From the NCBI GenBank assembly GCA_965220965.1, contig CBDCRI010000001.1, positions 32,001 to 96,000 on the forward strand: DNA of 64,000 nt, in the 5' to 3' direction. The notes under the pieces were generated by a model, which saw only the letters and a list, made by a program, of their open reading frames with translations, was not told the DNA's origin and did not search any database. Below, piece by piece: positions 58,101-64,000 of the stretch (position 1 is its first letter; every line of letters begins with the position of its first letter). The stretch comes from Candidatus Marinacidobacterium sp. Lineage in GTDB: Bacteria; Acidobacteriota; Vicinamibacteria; Marinacidobacterales; Marinacidobacteraceae. The translations under genes were made by a program, and so were the position numbers.

Positions 58101-58285
58101 GGCGCGCTCCCGGACGGCGGCAGGGGCTCGGCGCCGAGGGGCGGAAGCTCCTGAGGGGGGGGGTCGATGAGCCAGACCGCTAGCGCCAGGAGGGCCAGCC
58201 CCAGGCCCCCGTAGAAGGCGAGGTGGACCAACGGGTAGCCGAGCAAATCCGCGGCCCGTCCCAGCGCCTGGCGCAGCCGGCTCAC
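58097..58285 (-). CDS. Small membrane protein
   Basis: 62 aa with one TM helix; GTGA overlaps at both ends. Confidence 0.55.
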   Translation of the reverse strand: MSRLRQALGRAADLLGYPLVHLAFYGGLGLALLALAVWLIDPPPQELPPLGAEPLPPSGSAP

Positions 58286-59517
58286 GGCGCCCCGCCCGCC
58301 GACGCGCCGGCCGGGGCCGCGGCGGGCATCGCCGCGGCCTCCTCCAAGGCGCGCAGCCAGTCGGCCGCCTCGCGCCCGGCGCGCTCCAGGGCGGGGGCGT
58401 CCTCCGGGTACAGGCGGCCCACCTCCGCGCCGACCTTGCGCAGCGCGCCGCCGTCGCCCGCCCGGTGCGCCTTGGCGTGCGCCGCGGCGACCCGGGCCAG
58501 GTCGTCGTCGGCCACCCAGCCGGCCCCCAGCGCCCCCTCCCCGCCGCGCCCCAGGTCCGCGAGCCAGGCGGAGCGGCGGCGGGCGTCCGCCCCGTCGCGG
58601 GCGCAGCGCGCGCCGTCGCGGGGGGCGTTGCGCGGCGCCGCCGCGAGCCGCCGCCGGGCGGCGAGCAGGGCGGCCTCCAGCCGCTCGCCGGCCAGCCGCG
58701 GCAAGCCCATCAGGCGCGCCGCCAAGCCCGGCGGCAGGGCCTGCTCGCAGACCTCCCGGTCCCACTCGTCGGGCGCCGCCACGCGCGCCAGGATGGGCAG
58801 GTCGCCCATGTCCAGGGTGGCCAGCTCGGGCGCCTCGCCGCCCTCCCGCAGGAAGCGGGCCGCGCCGTCGAAGCTGCAGCCGTCGGCGCCGAGGCTGAGG
58901 CAGGGGAGCAGGTGCGGCGCCTCGGGAAGGGGACGGCCCAGGGGCAGCAGGACGGCGACGTCGATCTCCATGACGGCCACCAGCGGCGCCCGCTCCGCCA
59001 GCCGCGCCAAGGCGCGCTCCGGGGCGGCGCGGGCGGCGAGCGCGGTGACCCAGTCGCGCTCCCGGGCGACCAGGTCGGCGAACGCCGCCAGCCCGGAGGA
59101 GGCGTCGCGGGCCGCAGGCACCGCCACGCCGAGCATGCCGCCCAGGCGCCGCATCTTGCCGAGGTCCATGGCGGTGGGCGGCTCGCGGGTGAGCGCCCAG
59201 CCGTCGCCGCCGGCCTGGTGCAGCAGGTCGCGCAGGGCGCGGTAGGTGCCGCTCCAGCTCGGCGAGACCAGCACCGGCCGGCCCTGCAGGGCGGCCGCGG
59301 CGCGCCCCGCCGCGTCGAGCAGCGGCAGCTCCTCCCAGCCGCCGCCCGCGGCCGGGTCGGGCAGGGGGGAGGGCGCCCAGGGCAGGGCGACCCGGCAGCG
59401 CAGCTCCGGCGCCTCGCCGTCGGTGGCCGCGATCGACAGGCGGGCGCAGCCGCGCCCGCGCCCGATGACGCAGCCGTGGGAGAGCCGCGCGCTCTCCGCC
59501 TGAATCGCGATGACCAT
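58282..59517 (-). CDS. Degenerate exonuclease I (SbcB)-like protein
   Basis: Similar layout to ExoI (MDL..MR, LLPLG..P, LPILA, LYPE..W) but the DEDDh residues are absent. Confidence 0.4.
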   Translation of the reverse strand: MVIAIQAESARLSHGCVIGRGRGCARLSIAATDGEAPELRCRVALPWAPSPLPDPAAGGGWEELPLLDAAGRAAAALQGRPVLVSPSWSGTYRALRDLLHQAGGDGWALTREPPTAMDLGKMRRLGGMLGVAVPAARDASSGLAAFADLVARERDWVTALAARAAPERALARLAERAPLVAVMEIDVAVLLPLGRPLPEAPHLLPCLSLGADGCSFDGAARFLREGGEAPELATLDMGDLPILARVAAPDEWDREVCEQALPPGLAARLMGLPRLAGERLEAALLAARRRLAAAPRNAPRDGARCARDGADARRRSAWLADLGRGGEGALGAGWVADDDLARVAAAHAKAHRAGDGGALRKVGAEVGRLYPEDAPALERAGREAADWLRALEEAAAMPAAAPAGASAGGAP

Positions 59518-59619
59518 GCGTGAAGGCTCCGCTCGCTGAGGGGCATTGCGCCGACGCACCCTATAATAGCGCATGCGCCCGCGCCGGGGGCGCAGGGCGC
59601 CGCAAAGGAGGACCGACCC

Positions 59620-61389
59620 ATGCCCGACCCAGTCCCTCTCAACCGCCTCGGCGAGCCGATGGCCCCCGGCGAGGCCGACGCCTACTGGAACCGGCGCCGG
59701 CTGCCGAAGCTCGCCCACATCGAGCGCACCTTCGTGGCCTCCGGCAAGCTGGCGGAGGCCGACTGGCACCAGGTGCTGCTCCACGACCACACCCCCAAGG
59801 GCCAGCACTGCCTGTGGCTGGTGACGCGCATCGTCCGCGGGGCGCTGGCGGCGGACGGCCTCGAGCCGGTGGCCGCCCACCTGGCGCTGTTCCTGGAGCA
59901 CAAGCGCGAGCTGCCCGCCGAGCACCGCGACCTGATGCGCTGCCGCGACCCCCAGGCGCTGGAGGCGCTGGTCGCCCCCTTCGCCGGACGGGCGCCCAGG
60001 CTGTCGAAGAAGCAGCGCAAGCGCCAGGAGCGCGACCAGCTGGCCGAGGACATGCCGCTGGTCTACGAGGACGGCCTGTGCCGCATCCACTGGGCGCGGA
60101 CCGTGGTCGGGGCGCGCCACCTCGGCCGGCAGACCCGGTGGTGCACGGCGTCGGAGCGGGGCAGCGGGTTCTTCCGGGACTACGACGCCACCGGCGACCT
60201 GCTGGTGGTCACCCCCAAGCGGGCCGTGCGCCACCACGAGAAGTACCAGTACCACTGGAGCTACGGCGCCTTCCACGAGCGCGACGCCGGCGACGCCTCG
60301 TTCGCGCAGCGCTTCCCGGACGCCTGGGCGCACCTGGAGTCGCGGCCGCTGTCCTCGTTCGGCAAGGTGGCCAAGCGGTACTGGGGCCATCGCCCCATCC
60401 GGGAGGACGACGTCGCGGGCATCGTGCGGCGCAACGGGGGCGCCCCGCTCGACGACGGGCAGTGGCTGCGGCTGATCCGCGCCAACGACGCCTTCATCGA
60501 CCACCGCGAGGATCCGACCGCCGCCATGGTGGCCGTCGCCTGCGAGGCCAATCCGGATCGCCTGCTGCGCTACGAGGACATGCTGCCGGACGCCCGGATC
60601 GCCGAGATCGTCGCCAAGCGTCCCGTGCTGCTGCGCACCGTCAGGCGCTCGTTCCTGACCGAGGGGAACCTCGCCGCGGTGCTCGACGCCAACCCCCACG
60701 CGCTCGCCCACCTCGACCCGGCGCAGGTCACGGAGCGCATCGCCCTCGCGGCGGTGCGCCGGCAGCCCAGGGCGGTCGCCCTGCTCGGCCCGGAGAGGCA
60801 GACGCCGGCGGTGCAGCTGGCGGTCGTGGCGGCCGAGCCGCAGGCCGTCGAGGACCTCGCCGCCCCCACGGCCGCGGCGCAGCGCGTTGCGGTGGGCGCC
60901 GACCCGAACGCCATCCTCCGCATCGCGGACCCCGACCGGGCGCTGGTGGAGGCGTACCTGGAGCGCGCCGGCGCCGACCTCGACGCCTTCGAGCGGCTGC
61001 CGCTGGCGCAGCGTCAGCTGTGCGCGGACTGGGCCCTGGACCGGTTCGCGCGGCAGCTCGGAACCCGCGCCGCCGCCGGCCTCGACGGGCTGCCCGACCG
61101 CATGGCGGAGGGCCCGGGCTCGGAGGCGGCGGCCGACCGGCTGGAGGCGGCGCTGGCCGAGCAGGTGCGCATCAACGTCCGCGCCGCCAAGCGCATGGGC
61201 AAGGTCGCCGGACCCTACATCGCCGCCAACGGCGGGCTCGACGACGTCTACGAGGTCATCGACCGGCTCGCCAACGGCGAGGTCGCCGAGGCGCGCGCCT
61301 TCGCCGAGGGCTCGCCCTGGATCGCCATGCCCGCCGGGCCCGCCACGGCCCCCGAGCCGGCCGCCGGCCCCGGCCTCGCCGCCGGATGA
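59620..61389 (+). CDS. Phage-type TRWCT (PcfJ-like) domain plus DUF4116-like helical repeats
   Basis: LGRQTRWCTAS..F..Y..G.L..KYQYH; repeats such as TERIALAAVRRQPRA; AGGAGG RBS. Confidence 0.7.
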   Translation: MPDPVPLNRLGEPMAPGEADAYWNRRRLPKLAHIERTFVASGKLAEADWHQVLLHDHTPKGQHCLWLVTRIVRGALAADGLEPVAAHLALFLEHKRELPAEHRDLMRCRDPQALEALVAPFAGRAPRLSKKQRKRQERDQLAEDMPLVYEDGLCRIHWARTVVGARHLGRQTRWCTASERGSGFFRDYDATGDLLVVTPKRAVRHHEKYQYHWSYGAFHERDAGDASFAQRFPDAWAHLESRPLSSFGKVAKRYWGHRPIREDDVAGIVRRNGGAPLDDGQWLRLIRANDAFIDHREDPTAAMVAVACEANPDRLLRYEDMLPDARIAEIVAKRPVLLRTVRRSFLTEGNLAAVLDANPHALAHLDPAQVTERIALAAVRRQPRAVALLGPERQTPAVQLAVVAAEPQAVEDLAAPTAAAQRVAVGADPNAILRIADPDRALVEAYLERAGADLDAFERLPLAQRQLCADWALDRFARQLGTRAAAGLDGLPDRMAEGPGSEAAADRLEAALAEQVRINVRAAKRMGKVAGPYIAANGGLDDVYEVIDRLANGEVAEARAFAEGSPWIAMPAGPATAPEPAAGPGLAAG

Positions 61390-62270
61390 GGGCGCCGGCC
61401 GGCCCGGTCCGGCCGGCGGCCGCGCCCGCGGCGGCCGCCGCCGCCCTGTTCGCCGCCGCGCTGGCCTTCGGCCAGACGCACCCGTCGGGGCCGGCCCCCG
61501 CGCCCGCCCAGGCCCTGCACCTGTTCGCCGCCGCCACGGCGCTGTCCGGCCTGCTCGCCGGCCCCGAGGCCGCGTTGCGCGACTGGCTGGCGTGGATGGG
61601 CCGGATCGTGGGCGGCGGCCTGCTCGCCGCGCTGGCGCTGCTGTCGGCGGTCCCCGGCGCCGAGGGCGCGGTGCTGCTGCTGCTGCCCGGGCTGGGCGCG
61701 GCCGGCGCCGTGGCGCTGCTCGCCGCGCGCAGCGAGCGCGCCGCCCGCTGGACGGCCGTCGTCGCCGGCCTGCTCTGCGCCGGCCGCGTCATCGACCAGG
61801 CCTTCGGGCTGACCGGGCGGCCGCTGGCCCCGGTCGACGCCTTGGTCCCGGCCCTGGCCCTGGCTCTCGCCCTGGCCCTGTACGCCAGCCACGGCGGCCC
61901 GCCGGAGGCGCCGGGCGGGCGGCCCGCGGACGGCGCCGGGCGGCCGCGCCTGGCGGCCCCGGCGGGCCGGCCCGCGTTGGCCAGGCCCAAGGCCGCGCCG
62001 GGGCGCCGGGGGCCGGCCCTGCTCGCCGGCGCCGCGCTGCTCCTGCTCACCGCGGAGGGCCTTTACAAGCTGCGCCACGCGCTCGCCGCCGAGCCCGGCG
62101 CGCAGGCCGCGGCCGCCGGGCTGGCCGTCTGCGCCCTGGCCGGCGGCTGGACGGCCGCCGCCGCCCTGCGCTTCGGCGGCGGCTGGCGCCGGGCCGTGAG
62201 CCGCCGCCGCTTCCCGTGGGAGTGGCTCTACCTGGCGGCCCTTGTCGGCGTCGCCGCGCCGCTGCGCTGA
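61386..62270 (+). CDS. Multi-pass membrane protein
   Basis: Many hydrophobic helices; ATGA overlap with the upstream gene. Confidence 0.6.
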   Translation: MRAPAGPVRPAAAPAAAAAALFAAALAFGQTHPSGPAPAPAQALHLFAAATALSGLLAGPEAALRDWLAWMGRIVGGGLLAALALLSAVPGAEGAVLLLLPGLGAAGAVALLAARSERAARWTAVVAGLLCAGRVIDQAFGLTGRPLAPVDALVPALALALALALYASHGGPPEAPGGRPADGAGRPRLAAPAGRPALARPKAAPGRRGPALLAGAALLLLTAEGLYKLRHALAAEPGAQAAAAGLAVCALAGGWTAAAALRFGGGWRRAVSRRRFPWEWLYLAALVGVAAPLR

Positions 62271-62288
62271 ACGCCGGCCGCCGCCGCC

Positions 62289-62804
62289 GTGCCCGTCCTG
62301 TTCGCCCCCGGCCTGCCCCTCGAGCGCGCCCTGCCAGGCGGGGCGCGGCCCTGCGACGCCATCGTCAACCCGGTCAACTGCCGGGGCACCGGCAAGCGCT
62401 CCAGGGGCGTCGCGGGGTTGGTGTTCCGGCGCTTTCCGGCGGCCCACGCCGCCTACCTGGCCAGCTGCCGGGCGGGCCGGTTCTTCCCGGGCGCGGTGCA
62501 GGTCGCCGCCACCGGCGAGGCGTCCCTGCCCCACGTCATAAACGCCGCCACCAAGGACCACTGGCGCGACCCCTCGCAGCTGGCCTGGATCGAGGCCATC
62601 GCCGCCAAGCTGCCGGCCGCCTTCGAGCGCGCGGGTGCGGGCCGCGTGGCCATCCCGATGCTGGGGTGCGGGGAGGGCGGCCTCGACTGGGACGCCCAGG
62701 TCGGGCCGGCGCTGCGCGACGCGCTGCAGGGCTGCGGCGCGGTGGCGGTCCTGCTCGGGCCGTCTCCCCGGCCGCGGCCGGCGCCCGCCGCCCGGCCCGG
62801 CTGA
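62289..62804 (+). CDS. Macro domain protein (DarG/TARG1-like ADP-ribose hydrolase)
   Basis: AIVNPVNCRG..GVA..F..FP, INAATKDHWR.PS..WI and AIPMLGCGEGGLDW. Confidence 0.88.
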   Translation: MPVLFAPGLPLERALPGGARPCDAIVNPVNCRGTGKRSRGVAGLVFRRFPAAHAAYLASCRAGRFFPGAVQVAATGEASLPHVINAATKDHWRDPSQLAWIEAIAAKLPAAFERAGAGRVAIPMLGCGEGGLDWDAQVGPALRDALQGCGAVAVLLGPSPRPRPAPAARPG

Positions 62805-62811
62805 GCGGCGC

Positions 62812-63723
62812 CTAGGCGGGCACGCGGTCGAGCAGGGCGTCGCGGGCGGCGTTGGCGGCCGACATCCGGCCCGTCCACTTGGCCGCCTCGCCGGGCGGGT
62901 GGCGGTCCGGATGGACGCGCCTGGCGGTGCGCCGCCAGGCCGCCTGCACCTGGCGCCGGCTCAGCCGCTCCGCGCCCTCCAGCCCCAGCGCCCGGCACCA
63001 CGCGCGGTACTCGCCCTCGCCGACGTCGAGCACGTCGTGGTCCTCGGCCTCCCAGGCCCGGAAGTAGGCCCGGCGCCGGGAGATGCGCTCGGACAGCGGC
63101 AAGGCGAAGTTCCAGTAGCGGCGCCAGTCGTCGACCATGTCGCGGCAGAACGAGTGGTCCCCGAACCCCAGGTCCTCCCACGGATCGACAGCGAGCAGCG
63201 CCAGCACCTCGTCGGTGTTCACTGACCAGCCGGGGTCGAACAGCAGGACCAGCTCGGCCGCAATGCGGCGCAGCGCCACGTCGCCGCCGAGGCGCCTCAC
63301 CTCGCGCTCCGCGTCGAAGGGCGTGGGCGTCCCCTCCAGCGACATGCTGTGCAGCAGGCTGCGCCCGGCGTGCAGCTTCTGGGCGCGGGTGACGCCGAGC
63401 GCGGCGCAGACGAACTCCACCTTCTCGGCCTCCAGGCCGGTCGGCATGATCGCGGTGCCGCGCATGCCGTGCCCGGCGAGGCGGAACATCGCCACCAGGG
63501 CGCCGTCCTTGGAGCGGCGCAGCGGCGCGGCGCGCGAGTACAGCGGGCGCACCACCGCGTCGAGGTAGTGCCCGACGGCGAAGCCGGCGACCGCGCCCAG
63601 CGCGCCGCCGACGGCCAGGCCGACGAGGAAGCCGGCGATGCGGGCCGTGTAGTAGTGGCCGCCGGGGATGAACCGGGCGGAGGCCACCCGGTCCGACGGG
63701 TCCGGGCCGCGGCGCGCCGTCAT
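62812..63723 (-). CDS. DjlA-like membrane-anchored J-domain co-chaperone
   Basis: N-terminal GLAVGGALGAVAG..GHYLD TM segment; C-terminal J domain with HPD motif. Confidence 0.75.
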   Translation of the reverse strand: MTARRGPDPSDRVASARFIPGGHYYTARIAGFLVGLAVGGALGAVAGFAVGHYLDAVVRPLYSRAAPLRRSKDGALVAMFRLAGHGMRGTAIMPTGLEAEKVEFVCAALGVTRAQKLHAGRSLLHSMSLEGTPTPFDAEREVRRLGGDVALRRIAAELVLLFDPGWSVNTDEVLALLAVDPWEDLGFGDHSFCRDMVDDWRRYWNFALPLSERISRRRAYFRAWEAEDHDVLDVGEGEYRAWCRALGLEGAERLSRRQVQAAWRRTARRVHPDRHPPGEAAKWTGRMSAANAARDALLDRVPA

Positions 63724-63836
63724 GGCCGGCCGCCCGCCGCCCGCCGGCCGCCGGGGCGCCGGGGACTCGCCATGAGGGGTGCGCCATGCGTGTTCATAGC
63801 CCCCCATTATACCATGGGGGCGCCGCCCCCCCCCGG

Positions 63837-64000
63837 TCAGCCGGCGGCCATGCCCGGCGCCGGCCGGCCGCCGGGGGCCGGCGGCTCCGCGGGCTCCCCC
63901 TGCGAGGCCTCCTCGGCCACCGCCGTCTCCAGCCGGCGGATGCGCGCCAGGCTCTCCTCGCGCTCGGCCGCCTGCGGGAACGGCCGCAGGGCCTCCCGGC
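63837..64000 (-). CDS. 3' end of a gene truncated by the window edge
   Basis: Open frame ..FPQAAEREESLARIRRLETAVAEE..* ending at TGA 63837. Confidence 0.45.
   Translation of the reverse strand, partial: REALRPFPQAAEREESLARIRRLETAVAEEASQGEPAEPPAPGGRPAPGMAAG

Overview
Very GC-rich (roughly 70-78% by eye) segment of what looks like a large conjugative element (megaplasmid or ICE), probably proteobacterial. It encodes a divergent Dot/Icm-type (type IVB) secretion/conjugation system in three operons: icmM/dotI/dotI'/dotH/dotG/dotF-like; icmW/dotD/dotC joined to a type IVb pilus cluster; and icmX/icmC/icmV/dotA with a lytic transglycosylase. It also carries its own replication genes (DnaE1-type polymerase, DnaQ, DnaB, an ExoI-like nuclease and a probably inactive ExoI paralog) and an LPD1-type zincin protein. 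Envelope helpers include DsbC, a SPOR/TPR protein, a DjlA-like protein and a fatty-acid desaturase. A secreted thrombospondin-repeat protein and an AT-rich tract with an 11-bp tandem repeat lie near the start. A lower-GC island at about 38.2-46.5 kb holds three toxin-antitoxin-like modules, a diverged tandem gene duplication, an ATPase-less DotL-like fragment and a repeated intergenic motif. No rRNA, tRNA, CRISPR array, integrase or relaxase was recognised. All family calls come from motif recognition by eye, not database searches, and several start codons are best guesses.
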